Part shown: piece by piece, positions 12,931 to 25,854 of the stretch
Layout of the letters: each line of letters opens with the position of its first letter
Position numbering within the stretch: position 1 is the first letter of the stretch
NCBI RefSeq assembly: GCF_004010195.1
Contig: NC_057758.1
Coordinates: forward strand, 1,108,983-1,172,982
Reading direction: 5' to 3'
DNA from: Chiloscyllium plagiosum
Taxonomy: Eukaryota
Length of the DNA stretch: 64,000 nt
Position numbers and translations under genes: made by a program
Notes under the pieces: model-generated
The model's input: only the letters and a program-made list of their open reading frames with translations
Database searches by the model: none
What the model was told of the DNA's origin: nothing

Positions 12931-13876
12931 TTTTCTGAAAGGGAGATCTAAATCCCTTTGATAATTAAAACCAAAAAAAAAACATAGGTGAGAACTTTGG
13001 TTGGTAATATGATCAAGAGGTGTGACAAGGGATATAACCAAGGGATATAATTCATTTTCCTTCGGTGAAAAGGAGTGGCTAAATGAAATCAAATCCTTTC
13101 ACTCACTCTCCAGTAACCAAATAACTATTCATTTATCTAACTCCAACATTGAACAAATTAACAGAATTACTAACAAACTAATTTCCCGAAAACTGAACAA
13201 AATGCTACTGGAATGAATACTATTCAAATAAACGTGAAGTCCCATTTTTAAAACAACAACTCATAAGCAAAAATTAAATTAAAGCTTGAACTCTCCAGGT
13301 TCGCACATATATGTTTTTTCTAGTTTATCTCCAAGTTTCCTTCTGCAGATCTCGCATCTGAAATACAATTCTTGGGATAACACTTCTTTGAGGAATTTGA
13401 GCGGAAATACTTTTATATCTTTGATTGGTCTTTTTAAATAAGTTAACAATTTGGTGTGAGAGGCCGGTTTGTCTCAGATAGCAGACTTACTTTCTCTGCA
13501 GCTGAAGTTTAACTCTCCCTTCAGATGTTTGAATTATTGAATTTAGCTCTCCCAGCTTTCAGAAACCACTTTCTTCAATACTCTCAATAACGCTACACAG
13601 TCTCATAATGTGATTGAGTTCAATTGTCAACACCATCAATTGAATTTCAGTTTCTCTGTGTTGGTTTAAATTATTTGGCCGAATTCAAACTCGTCTTCAA
13701 TACAAACTTAAGTTGTCCATTAACAAAACCAATGGTTAAATGTTTAGAAGTGTCTGTACTATTCCCCATCTGCTCACGACTCCTCTTTTAAACGCTAAGC
13801 TGAAAAAGTACATTATCTCTTACGGATAACACACTCTGTTGTTCAATTCATGATTGTTCTACACAACTTTGTAATA
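12931..13876. mobile_element. Solo LTR, paralog of 213-1117
   Basis: Aligns end to end with 213-1117 (TTTTCTGA...TTCTACACAACTTTGTAATA); same TSD CTCT (12927-12930, 13877-13880). Confidence 0.8.
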
Positions 13877-16800
13877 CTCTCAGCCCCAGTGCTCACTATC
13901 CTACTCACACGTTCAGTTCCAGAGCTCACTGCGCCAGTCTGTGTCTGTCCCAGAGCTCCATGCCCCAGTTCGTGGCGGTCGTAGATCTCAGTGTCCAAGT
14001 CACTTTCAGTCCCAGATTTCGATGCCGCACTTTGTGTCAGTTCCAACTCTCAGTGTCCAAACCTTTCTCTCAGTCGCAAGGCCCAGTAACCAGTCCGTTC
14101 CAGTCCTGGATCTCACTATCACAGACACTGTCATTCCCAAAACTCAGTGTCGCAGACTCTGTCAGCCCCAGAACCAACTTTCTTGGTCTCTTTAAATTCC
14201 AGAGCTCACTGTCGATGTCAGGACCAGTGGTCACTGGCTCAGTCTCACGTTCAGTTTCAGTGCCGACTGACCCTGTCTCAGTCTCAGCCCCGGAGGTCAC
14301 TGTCCCGCTCTCTGTCAGTCCCAGTGTTCAGTGTCCCAGCCTCTGTCCGTCCCAGTGCTCACTCTCACTGTTTCTTTTCTGTCCAAGCGCGCACGCTCGC
14401 AGTCTCTGCCAGTCATAGACCTTAAAGTGCAAACACTGTCAGTTGCAGAGTTCACTGTCACAGTCTTTGTCAGTCCCAGACATCACTGTCATAGTCCCTC
14501 TTAGTCCCAGATGTGAATGCCCAGGTGTCTGTCAATCCCAGAGTTCACTGACCAAACCTGTATTAATCCCAGAGCTCACTGTCCCTCTCTCTGTCAGTCC
14601 CAGTGTTCACTGTTGCAGAGTGTGTCTGATCCGGGGTGCAGTGCACCAGTCTCATTCAGTTCCAGACCACACTCTTCAAGTGTTTTTCAGCCCCAGTGCT
14701 GACTGTCTGTGTCTGTCATGGTCATGTCCTCTCCCAAGCCTCCTGATTTATGTAAGTCCCAGAACTCACCGTCCCGGGGCTCAGTGACCCAGTCTGACTC
14801 AGTCATAAATCTCACTTGCCCAGAATCTTTCGGTCCCAGGAAACACAGTCCCAGTCACACTCGGCCCCAGAGGTCACGATCACACCCTCTATCAATCCTA
14901 CACCTCATGGCCCCAGTCTCTGTCAATCTCAGAACTCAATGTATCAGTCTGCTTCATCCTCAGAACTTGCCTACCAGTTTGTGTCAGTCCCAGTGCTCGC
15001 CATCGCAGTCATTCTCCCAGTCTCAGAGCACACTGTCCCTGACCATGTAGGTCCCCTCAACACTACCCCTGTCTGTATCAGTCTGAGAGCACACTGTCAC
15101 AGTCTTACTGTCGGTCCCAGACCTCAAAATCCCAATCTCTCTCTCCATCACAGAGCTCACAGTTGCAAACTCTCTCTGTCACACAACTTACTGTCCCAGT
15201 CTCTTTTAATTACAGAGCCCACTGTCCGAATCTGTTTCATTTCGAGAGCTCACTCTGCCAGATTCACTCTCAATACGAGTGATCACTGTCCCAGTCTCAC
15301 TCTGACCCCAGACGTCACTGTCCCATATCGACGTAATCAAATATTTCACTTTCTCAGTCTCTGTCGCTCTCATGTTCATTGTCCCAGTATCTGTCAGCCC
15401 TGGAGATCACATTTACAGTCTCGTTCGGTCTAAGAGCTCAGGGTCGTAGTCCGTATCAGTCCCGGTGCTCACTGTCCGTATCTCAGTCAGTCCTAGATCT
15501 CATTGTCCCGATTGCTGTCAGTCCCAGTGCTCACTGTGCCCTTTCACTCCCAGAACTGGCCGTCTGAATTCATGTCAGTCCCACAACTCACTGTCTCCTT
15601 CTCACTCTCAATACGAGAAATAACTTGCCCTGTCTCTTTCAGTTCCAGAGCTCACTGTCCCAGCCACAACCTCATCCCAGAACTCACTGTCCCATACTCT
15701 ATTCGAGAGCTCACCGCTCCAGTTTCTCTCAGTCCGAAAGCTTACTGACCCAGTGTCACTCAATACTAGAAATAACTTTCCCTGTCTCTTTCAGATCCAG
15801 CGTTCACTGTCCCAGTCTCACCCTCAGTCCAAGAACTTACTGTCCCAGACTCTGCTCCAGAGTCCACTGTTCCAGTCACTGCCAGTCTGAGAGCTCACTC
15901 TGTCCATATATCTGTCCATCCCACGGCTCAGCTCCCTAGCCTGCGTCAGTGCCAGATCTCATGGGTCCAGTCTCTTTCAGTCTCAGAGGACAGCATCCCA
16001 GTCTCACCCTTGATCCCAATGTATAATGTCACAGTTGTTTTTTTTGTGCCGGGGTCACTCTCGAAATCTCTCTCAAACCGAGTGCTCACCCTCCACGTCT
16101 TTGTCAGTACAAGAGATTACTATCCAAGCCTCTTCCAGTCCCACAGCTCCCAGTCCCAGAGTTCACTGTTCCAGTCTGTGGCAAACCCAGAGCTCACTGT
16201 CCCATTGTCTCTCAGTATCGGAACTCACTGTCCCAGTCGTTATCAGTCCTACATTTCGCTGAGCCAGTCTTGGAAACCCCTAAAATTAAATATTCCTGTC
16301 TCGTTCCGCCTCAGAACTCACTGTCCTTGTTTCTTTCAGGCCGAGAACGTACTGTCCAAGACTCACCCTCAGTCTCAGAGTTTACGGACCTAGTCTGTGG
16401 CAATCCATAAACTCACTGCCTAGTCTCTGTCCTAGAGTTCACTGGCCCAGTCTTTTTCAGTCCCAGACCTCACTTCCCCAATTTCACTCTTAATCCCATC
16501 GCTCACTCTAATCCTCTCACCCTCAATCCCATAACTCTCTCGGTCCCAGTGCTCAATGTCCCAGTCTTACTCTCAATCCCAGTGCTCACATTCCCACCCT
16601 GTGGCAGTCCGAGAGCTCACTGTCCTAGGCTTATTTTCTGTCCCAGAGCTCACCATCCCACTGAGTGGATTTCCAGAAATCACTGTTCCAGTCTCTGTCA
16701 GCGTGAGAGCTCTGTCAGTCCCATAGCGCACTGTCCAAGCCAGTGTCAGTCACACTGCTCACTGTTTCAGTCACTTTCAGTCCCAGTGCTCACTCTCACA

Positions 16801-17356
16801 GTCTCTGTCAGTCATACTTTCCACCCACCAGGCCTCCTGTCAGTTCTAGTTCTCACTCTTCAAGTCTCTGCCCTTTCCAGAGCTGGACTGCCTAACACTT
16901 TGTCAGTCCAATCACTCACTGTAGCAGTCGCCTTCAGTCCCAGTTCTCACTCTCCAAGTCACTTTCAGTTCCAATGTTGTTCTCTTCGCCTGTGTCAGTC
17001 TCAGTTCTCACTCTCCAAGTCACTTTCAGTTCCAATGTTGTTCTCTTCGTCTGTGTCAGTCCCAATTCTCACTCTTCCAGTTGCTTGGCATTTTTAGAGC
17101 TCACTCTCGCAGTACCTGTCACTCCAAGTGCTCAGACAGTCAGCCTGTGTTAAATCCATAGCCTACTGTGCCAATTAGTTTCAGTTCCAAACGTCATTGT
17201 CAGTCTGTCAGTAGCACAGTTGATTTTCACAGTCTCACTCCCAGTCGCAGAGCTCCCTGCAACAGTCTCATTGAGCCCCAGGGCTCACTTCCCAGTCTCA
17301 CTCTAGGTCTCAGAGCTCACTGTCCCAGACTGTGCAAGTCCGAGAGATCACAGTTC

Positions 17357-17560
17357 AAAAGCTTGGCGCGGGTGAGAGCTCAGCAAGTGCAAGTCAAACA
17401 GCATCGGAAAATCAAGAGGGTCGACGTTTCGGGCAAGGTCTTTCTTCAGGACAGAAGAAGAGTCCTGTCTGAAATGTCGACTCTATCGCTACTCAGAAAC
17501 TGCCTGATCTGCCGTGACCTATGCATGCCAGCTTTCATCAACTCCGAGTCTCCAGCATCC
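17357..17560. mobile_element. Short palindromic Penelope-like derivative, decayed
   Basis: Inverted arms around GTCGACGTTTCGGGCAAGGTCTTTCTTCAGG and AGAAGAAGAGTCCTGTCTGAAATGTCGAC. Confidence 0.7.
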
Positions 17561-17961
17561 GACTCTCATTTTCTTCCAAAGGTCATACTTACAGTCTCCA
17601 TCAGTCCCAAAGCTACCTGCCACAAACTAATTCTTGTTCACAGAGCTCACTGTCCCAATCTCACTCTCGGTCCCAGGGCTCACTTCCCTATTCTCTGCCC
17701 GTCTCAGAGCTCACTATCAAACTCTGTGTCTGTGCCAAAGTTCATTGTCCAGATCTCGCTTTCAGTTCCAGTGCTCACTTCCAGTCTCAATCAGTCGCAG
17801 TGATCACTCCAACAGTCCCTGTCAGAGCCAACGCTTAGACTTCTCTTAGTCTCTGAGAGTCACGAAGCCTAGACTACCAGTTTCTGTCAGTTCCAGAGCT
17901 CACTGTCACAGTCTCTTTGTGTCAGTCCAAATAGTCAATGCCCCAGTCGCTTTCAGACCCA

Positions 17962-18395
17962 AGGTCGTACATTCGTACCACATGGAAACAGACTCTTCAG
18001 ACCACCAAGTCCATGCCAACCAGGTATCCAAAACTGAAATACTTCCATTCGTCTGCAAATGTTTACGCATGCATGTAAACCATTCCCACTCGAGTACCTG
18101 TCTGAATGTTTTTTTTCAAGTGATGTAGTTGTACCCCACCCCGTACCACTCCCTCTGGCAGTTCGTTCCACATACGCATCACCAACTGTGTGAAAAAATG
18201 CACCTCCAGACTATTTTAAATATTTCTTTCCTGTAAAATCAAACTTGCGCTCTCCAGCTTTTGATTTCCCCATCCTGTATAAACGACTTTCATTTTTCAA
18301 GTAGTATTTGTGCTTTACGAACTTGAAAATCTTTATAAGGTCACATCTAAGCCTCCTGTGTTCCAAAAGAAAAATGTCCCAGCTTGTTCAGTTTC
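17962..18395 (-). mobile_element. Old CR1-like LINE 3' fragment
   Basis: Resembles the 3' ends of the other CR1 copies in the window. Confidence 0.65.
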
Positions 18396-18542
18396 AATGA
18401 ACCCAGGAAAGAGCTGACTCATCGTACTGTGTGCAAATCACTGACCCCAGGGCGAGATCAGACTGATTCCACTGTAGCTGCTTGACACATGTTGGTGCAC
18501 GTTCAGTGACCCAGTGCCTCTCGTTCTGACAGCATGGTAAAA

Positions 18543-19486
18543 TTAAGGGTATTGATACTGAAGTGGAAAAGACTTCTCTTCATTCATAAAAAAAATTACT
18601 GTGTTGCGTTGTTTAAGAAATTTTAGTAGGAGAGTATATGGATATTTCAACACATCCTTCATCTGAGCCCTGAACTTGGTCAATGCAATGGTATAAATGC
18701 AAATATTTGTACAACAACTTGTGAGCTGGCAGATGTATCCAATTTCCCTTACAAAATAATGGAGATGTATGGCCTTCGGCCCCAATAACCATGCCCGGTT
18801 CCATATTGAATAAAGCATAATGACTGTCCATGACAGTACAAAGTTGGCTGAGACGAGAAAAAGTAAAATTATGGATTTTCTTCGACTCTTGCTCCCCCTG
18901 CTGAGAGTTTGAAGTCTCCGACGGGCTCTGTTGGCCATTATGATATGTCTGGCACATAAAGCATTGAATACCAAAGTCAAAAGAATTGCTAAACACGGGG
19001 TTAGAAGATGATGTGTTATTTCGAATATTCCCCAGAAATGGGATTGTTTAACAACTGTTCTTATCTCACAAAACCAAAGAAGGTTCTGCAGCTGATACTA
19101 ACTTGCTAACATAAAATACCAAAAGGTATTCTATAAACTGCTCAGTAACATCACTGTTCCCAAAACCACAGATGCAATTTTCTCCGTGTAATATTTACGT
19201 TTCAATTTCTGGCAACTCTTAGGCACTAGTCGATCGAAAGTGAAGGCAACAGTGAACCAGACAGAAGAATCCGTGACTGCATAGACTAGAATGGCATGGA
19301 TGTTGCACACAGGGAAGGATTTCACAAACTGAAAATCTGTCACATATACAATTGGAATGTGCCTCAGTGTCAAATCAACCATGTTGACCAGTATATCCAC
19401 CACTGCCAGCGCCACCAGATAGAGAGTTACACATTTGGATAGACCGCACTTAGCCTGAGACAGGATTCCAATCGCCAGTATGTTAA
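18543..19486 (-). pseudogene. GPR139/GPR142-like class A GPCR, exon 2 (TM1 to C-terminus), with two in-frame TAG stops
   Basis: Motifs VNILAIGILSQAKCGLSKCVTLYLVALAVVDILV, SVWFTVAFTFDRL, SRRKSIILLFLVSANFVLSW and SCCTNICIY. ORFs 19131..19556 and 18543..18980 share a frame, broken by TAG at 19131-19133 and 19098-19100. Acceptor TTTTTCACAG with AG at 19488-19487. Confidence 0.88.
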
Positions 19487-19839
19487 CTGTGAAAAAGGGT
19501 AATAACATCTTAAAATAATGCATCATTTGAAGAACACATATCCTATTTGAAGACAAAGAGTGACATAGTCTCAGAATTGAGGGTCAACCCATTTCAGACT
19601 GAGATGAGGACAAATTGCTTCTCTCAGAGTCTTGTGTCCTTGGAATCCCTTGCATTGAGCACTGTGAAAACAAGAGTCCTCGTTTATATTGGAGTCATAA
19701 GGGGCTCAAAATGTTAACCCACTTCTTCTCCCCAAAGATGATGTTGTTAGGAAGAGCCATACTAAACTGGAAAGAGGACGAAAGAGGCCTATCGCAGGAA
19801 GGTGCTCCCAATGACCAGTGGAATCCAGAACCCTTTAAA

Positions 19840-19885
19840 TGTGTGTGTGCATATGTGTGTGTATTTGTGTGTGTGCGTGCGCGTG
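19840..19885. repeat. (GT)n microsatellite
   Basis: Seen directly in the sequence. Confidence 0.9.
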
Positions 19886-20054
19886 GTGGGGGAGGGGCAG
19901 TGTGTTGTAGGGGTGTTCACGGATGGTGATCACAGTATAAGGATACGGCGCAGGACTGAGTTGAAACGTGAACTCAATTTCCTTTTCTCTCTGCGGATGC
20001 TGCAACAACTGTTCAGCTTCTCCAAAGTTTGCCCTGATGTTCTATGCGTCAAGA

Positions 20055-20205
20055 AGAGTGGCTCTAGAGAATCACAGCAGGTCAGGCAGCAACCGAGGTG
20101 TATGAGTTTCGACGATTCTAGTATAAGCCTTGTTGGTGACCCATTGTGTTTATCCAGCACTACACTTTTCAAATCTGACTTTTCAGCACCTGCAAGACCT
20201 TACTT
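20055..20205. mobile_element. Palindromic Penelope-like derivative, centre lost
   Basis: CACAGCAGGTCAGGCAGCAACCGAGG arm and a TCCAGCACTACAC counterpart resemble 6124-6373. Confidence 0.55.
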
Positions 20206-20667
20206 TCCTCTGATGTTCTCTGTGCTTGAGAAGAGTACTGCAGGAGATATGTCATTGAAGTCAATGTCTCAAAACGTTGTTATGGATTGAGAGCAGATTG
20301 ACAGGGCAAGGTAAGACAGGAGCATAAAATGCAGTGTTTTCGCTGTACTAAAAAAACATCATTCGTGATGCAGTTAGTTTCTTTAGCTTATCTAATTATT
20401 CCTAAAGCTGCAAGAGATGTTGCACGTGTATCATGTGAACAGAACAGAGGACAAGATGAGACAGGCACGAGATGCCTCTGACTAAAATAGCCGACGAACA
20501 TTTCAGAATGTTTTCTGCAATATTTGTCAATCTCACTCCTACAGTTCCTGGTTTCATTGCCAACCGCTATTTACAACTGGATTAGGGCATAACGACAAAT
20601 CCTCAAACTTAACTTTTGCTTTGGTGATCGCTCTGTTCCATTGATCGCATTCTACTCCTGCTGTTCA

Positions 20668-21935
20668 TATAGAACATAGAACATACAGCGCAGAACAGGT
20701 CCTTCGACCTTCGATGTTGCGCCGACTTGTGAACTATTCTCAGCTCGTCCCTCTACACTATCCCAAAATCATCTATGTGCTTATCTAATGACGGTTTAAG
20801 TCTCCCTAATGTGGTTGAGTTGACTACATTTGCGAGTAGGGCATTCCACGACCTTACCACTCTCTGCGTAAAGAACCTGCCTCTGACTGTGTCTTAAATC
20901 TATCAACCCTCAATTTGTAGATATGCCCCCTCGTACACACTGACATCATCATACTAGGAAAAAGACTTACACTGTCTAGCCTATCTAATCCTCTGATCAT
21001 CTTGTATATCTCTATCAAATCGCCTCTTAGCCTTCTTCTTGACAATGAGAACAGGTTCAAGTCTCTCAGACTTTCCCTATGAGACCTTCCCTCCAGCCCA
21101 GGCAACACCTCGGTAAATCTCCTCTGCACCTTTTTCAATGCTTCCACATCCTTCTTAAAAATATGGGGACCAGAAGTGTACGCAATATTCCAACCAGAGT
21201 TTTGTATAGTTGCAGCATGATATTGCGTCTCCGGAACTCAATCCATCTACGAATGAAACCATATGACTTCTTAACAGCACTATCCATCTGAGTGGCAACG
21301 TTCAGGGGTCTATGTACATGGACTCCAAGATCCCTCTGCACATTCCTCTCTATAAAGAATCTTTCCATTGACCCAGTACTCTGCTTTCCTGTTATGCTTC
21401 CCAAAGTACATCGCCTCACATTTAGCTTCATTGAACTCCATTTGCCACCTCTCAGCCCAAATCTGCAGTTTATCCAAGTTCCCCTGCAACTTGTAACATT
21501 CTTCCACATTGCCCACTACTCCACTTACTTTAGTGTCGTCTGCAAATTTACTAATCCATCCATCTATGCCTAGGTCTAAGTCATTTATTAAAAGGACAAA
21601 CAGCAGTGGTCCCAAAACAGATCTTTGTGGCACACCACGAATAACTGGACTCCAGGCTGAATATTATCATTCAAACATCACTCTCTGCCTTCTTTCAGAA
21701 AGCCAGTTTCTAATCCAAACTGCTAAATCATCCTCAATTCCATGCCTCTGCATTTTCTCCAACAGCCTACCATGTGGAACCTTATCAAAGACTTTACTGA
21801 AGTCTATGTATACCACGTCAACTGCCCTAACCTCATCTACATGCTTGTTCACTTTCTCAAAAAACTCAATGAGGTTTCTGAGACACGACCTGCCCTTGAC
21901 GAAACCATGTTGACTATCTGAAATCAAATTGTTTA
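20668..21935 (-). mobile_element. CR1/HER1-like LINE, 5'-truncated RT region, inside the GPCR intron
   Basis: QHGFVKGRSCL, YIDFSKVFDKVPH, SVLGPLLF, SKFADDTK; (TTCTATG)n-type tail. Confidence 0.95.
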
Positions 21936-23377
21936 GGTCATTATTCCAAGGATTATATTCTCTTCACCAATTCTGCACCTCATCTTGCTCGATATGTTTG
22001 ATTCTACTCTTGAAAACTCTCGTCAATGTCTCTCTGTAACAAGTTTTAATCCTTTTCTTTCAGTCCGATGATAGTTTGAGGAAACATCATCTCCACGTTC
22101 ACTCTGCAAAGATCCATACTGAAGCTTTTATATTCGACCTTTGATGTTTCGAAACTCCAATGGATAATATCCTGGCTTTGATATTGTGCATTATCCTTAT
22201 CAACGAATGTCTGCCAACAATTAATCTTTCCATCTGAGTGCTTCTCCCCTTTGTGCTTCCCTTTGTCCAGGTGAAAAATTGGGAGAGTATATAAAAAAGC
22301 AATTCAACTGTTTGAAATTGGTGACGAAAGCAGAAATGAATATCAGAACTCAATATGTCTAGCAGTGCATGAGGAGAGAAGAACAGAGTTAATGTTTCAA
22401 GACCAGTAACTCGGACGGTTACCCCCACCACATTTTCGGACAAGAGGTTCAGCTGGCACTGTTTCTGTCTCTGCTGAAGTGTGAGTAGCTTTTGGATTGT
22501 CCTCAGAGTGTCCTGCTTCGGTGGGAAAATCCTCCTTACTGTGAAAAACAGAAAACATCTGGGAAACTGCTAGCTGGTTGGTAGGAAGGACAAATATTAG
22601 AGGAAGTTACGATTGACCTTTTGGAGACACTGACTGCATTCAATGATGTGTTTATTCCTTGAACTTGATGACATTATTCAGAGTAGGTCATCACTCACAA
22701 CAGATATAATTACAAACGTTACAAGAGACTATGCATTCTGAAGCGAGTCACCTTCTGATTCTCCCCTAAAAACTGTCTAACAACGAAAAGGCACAGGTAA
22801 GGTGCAGGTCGAACAACATTCGAGACGATCGACAGAATTCAGGACAAAACAGCCCACTTAATTGACACTACACCCAGAAACAGCCACTACTTTCACAACT
22901 AACACTGCAAAGCAGCAGTATGTACTATCAACAATGTGCGGAATAGACTTTCAGGAAAAAATCTCAGACAGCATCTTCCAAACCCATGCTGATTTCCATC
23001 TAGAAGGACAAGGGCAGCCGATACATGGAACAGAATCCCCTGCACGTTCCCTTGGATGAAATTTGATCAAAAATGTACAAAGATCAGGATGATAGGAATA
23101 TGGGTAAGTTGTTTCTGGTCAGGTTGCAAAAGAAAGATATGATTCTTATGCTTGATTTCGATGGATTTAAATGGCAAGGGGAAAAGTCGGGGACCATCGT
23201 GGGATGTTGTAAATTGAACCACAACTGCTCGTGTCACGGTTTTCGCAAAACTGCAGTTCAGTCACCCAAACCACTTAAAACATCAGACAGTCAGTATAAA
23301 ATCAAAAACCGCTAGAACTCTCTTCATTTGACCTGAATTCAGTTCATGGGTTCAACTCACAGGATAAACAGACTTAC

Positions 23378-23557
23378 CAAAGATACCAACTGCAGTAAGG
23401 AAAGGATAGTAAACGTGCTAAAACAGCAAAGTACATAAGCTATTCGATAGTGGACTGTCATCCAATGCTGATTTCTAGTGTAGTAGGCAATTTGCGAAGG
23501 GAACCTCCTGTTCATCGTTTCGAAACTCCAGTCTGCTGTACCCCGATTCTGTTCCAT
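23378..23557 (-). pseudogene. GPR139/142-like GPCR exon 1, frameshifted
   Basis: ATG at 23557 reads MEQNRGTADW...RIAYVL; the shifted frame reads HVYYPFLTAVGIF-G followed by donor GTAAGT at 23377. The phase-1 junction G|TT AAC joins exon 2 in frame. Confidence 0.8.
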
Positions 23558-24214
23558 TCCTGCAATATTTCAGTGTGTCCTTCTCGGACTACGATCACTC
23601 CACTCCCTCTCTGTTACAGATGTTGATTCCTGTGCATACCAGAGCTGAGGGCTCCCTCTCATAATATGAGATCACAATTTGGAAGGTCTTCCTTAAGAGG
23701 AGAAAAGGGGGACTCTCCACAGACACGACGAGGATCCCTGGAGGCTAACATTCATTCAGATCTCTGAACAGTTTCAGTTGACGTATCGCAAATCAACATG
23801 CGTTGTGCTCAAAGTGGAAGGAGAAAGTTCTCATTCCCTATTGGGATATCCAAACACCAGTCTATTTTTAGAAGCATACGCACAGACAGCAGTTCACTCT
23901 TGATAACCTTCCAATTTTGTAATTCTGACTTATTTCTTCTCGATTTGCAAAAGGAGTGGTTTTGTGAGAAATCTATTTAACAAGAATAATGCGAGATATA
24001 AATCAGGCAAGTCAATATGTTATCAGAGGTAGTGCGCAGAGGCCTTATCAATCGAATACAAAAATATTCGTTCACAAAGCATACAGTCAGAACATCGTAA
24101 AGCATACAAAGGGGTCTTCTGGCCAACAATGCTTATGCTGACCAACAACCAGCAAACTACATTAATCCCATTTGCACACACCTGGTCCATAGCCTACTGT
24201 GCTCCAGCATATTA

Positions 24215-25070
24215 GTTTTTTCACAATAATGAAACAAGAGGAGGCCATTTGGCCCGTCGACCTTGCTGCAACATTCATTAAGATCATGTTGATGTGTCCA
24301 CGGTCTCAGTTCCTCTGACCTGCATTGTCGCCATAGCTTTTTAATTCACCTAACATGAAAAGACACATCTAACTGTGTCTTGAATATATTTAATGAAGTT
24401 GTCTCAACTGCGTCCTTAGTCAGAGGATTCCATAGATTAATTAGTCTTTGGGAAATGCAGTTCCTCTTCATCTCTGTCCTTAGCCTACTCCCACTTATAT
24501 TGAGGTCATTTCCCCCATTCCTAGTCTCACCCAACAGTGGAAACAACTTGCCCGCATCAATCTTAGCTATCCTTTTCATAAATTTATATGTTTCTACAAA
24601 CCCCCTCTATCTCTTAAATTCGAACGAGTACAAATTCAGCCGGCTCAACTGTCCTCATAGAGTAGCTCCTTCATCTAAGGACTCAACCTGGAACCGCTGC
24701 TGCACCGCCCCCACAACCAGTATATCATTCATCTAGCAAAGAGAGCAGAACTGCGCACAATACTGCAGCGGCAGCATCACCAACTTCTACAATTACAGCA
24801 AAATCTTCCTGCTCTTAAAGTCAATCTCTATAGCAGTGAAAGCCAAATTCCACTTCCCTTCTCGATTACTTGTTGCATTTTCAAATCAACTTTCAGCGAC
24901 TTGTATACAAGCCTAAGTCCTTGTGCACAACAGCGTGCTGCATCCTTCACTATTTAAGTAATACTCTGCATTATTTTTGCATCCAAAGTGGATAACGTCA
25001 CATTTACTAACATTATATTCCATCTGCGAGACACTTGCCTCTCCACTTAACCTATCTAAATCTTGATTTA
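24215..25070 (-). mobile_element. CR1-like LINE 3' fragment
   Basis: KLFPLLGETRNGGNDLNI...RLINLWNPL C-terminal motif. Confidence 0.85.
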
Positions 25071-25399
25071 AATTCTCGTTCAGATGCTTTATAGATATTG
25101 AGAGTACCAGCCTCCACCACCATCTCAGGTCAGGTAGTACATGTTTCGACTAGCCCTCTGGATGAAAGGAAAATTGCAGATCTCCTCTAAAACACGTGCT
25201 GCTCAGATTAAACTAATGACCTCTGGTTTTAGATATATGGCATGGTTTGATAATAATGAATATGTTCCAGACCTTTCAGGTAGTAAAAGAAAAATGTAAT
25301 TAGGGAATTATGATTCAGACTTGAAAGAAGAACAGTAAAGAAAAGTAGTATATGGCTGGTGCAGTGTAGACATTTTTGCTAAAAATGCGTTTTTGTTCC

Positions 25400-25622
25400 T
25401 TCATTGGATAGGGCATTGCTGCCTAGGCAGTATTTACTGCCCATCCCTAATTGACTAGAGGGCATTTGAGAATCAACCACTTTGTTGTCGGTCGGGTATC
25501 ACATGAAGGCCAGACCAGGTAAGGATGGCAGTTTCAATTTCTGAAGGACATTAGTAAACCAGATAGGTTTGCTCTCCCACAATGACAATGGATTCATGGT
25601 CATTGTTAGTCTCTTAATTCGA
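25400..25622. mobile_element. SINE-like interspersed repeat, family not assigned
   Basis: GGCCAGACCAGGTAAGGATGGCAG...GGACATTAGTAAACCAGAT resembles an abundant shark repeat as I recall it; a related fragment appears on the opposite strand at about 43420-43530. Confidence 0.5.
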
Positions 25623-25854
25623 TTTTGGTTTGTATGGCGTGCTTTAGAACGAAGTGGCAACCACATCATCTATGAGACTGATGTGAACTACATTTTTCCC
25701 AATGAATGTAACTCCATAGATTTGGGATCAGATTGCTGCATAGCTGATGCGTGTGCCTACCACTGGGCAGGATTTGACCAATCTTCTCAGGAGAGTAGAA
25801 CCCAGACTAAAAATCAGAAAGGAACGCCGACGCACACTGAATAATGAAAGCCGA

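Larger units (their letters stand above)
11105..17960 (+). repeat. Degenerate 31-bp satellite, block 2
   Basis: Same consensus and orientation as block 1; interrupted at 12931-13876 and about 17357-17560. Confidence 0.95.

Noticed and set aside
1118..17960. Many 100-210 aa Ser/Pro/Cys/His-rich + strand ORFs as a repetitive protein gene
   Set aside because: They occur in all three frames, follow from the stop-free 31-bp unit, and are broken by indels and insertions.
11105..17960. Immunoglobulin switch-like or RSS array (GAGCT and TGGG motifs, GACAGTG resembling the heptamer)
   Set aside because: No Ig/TCR segments or spaced nonamers were seen, and the conserved CAC of the heptamer is mostly absent.
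19098..19133. Programmed readthrough of the two GPCR TAG codons
   Set aside because: Exon 1 is also frameshifted and conserved residues after DRL look eroded; pseudogenisation is simpler.
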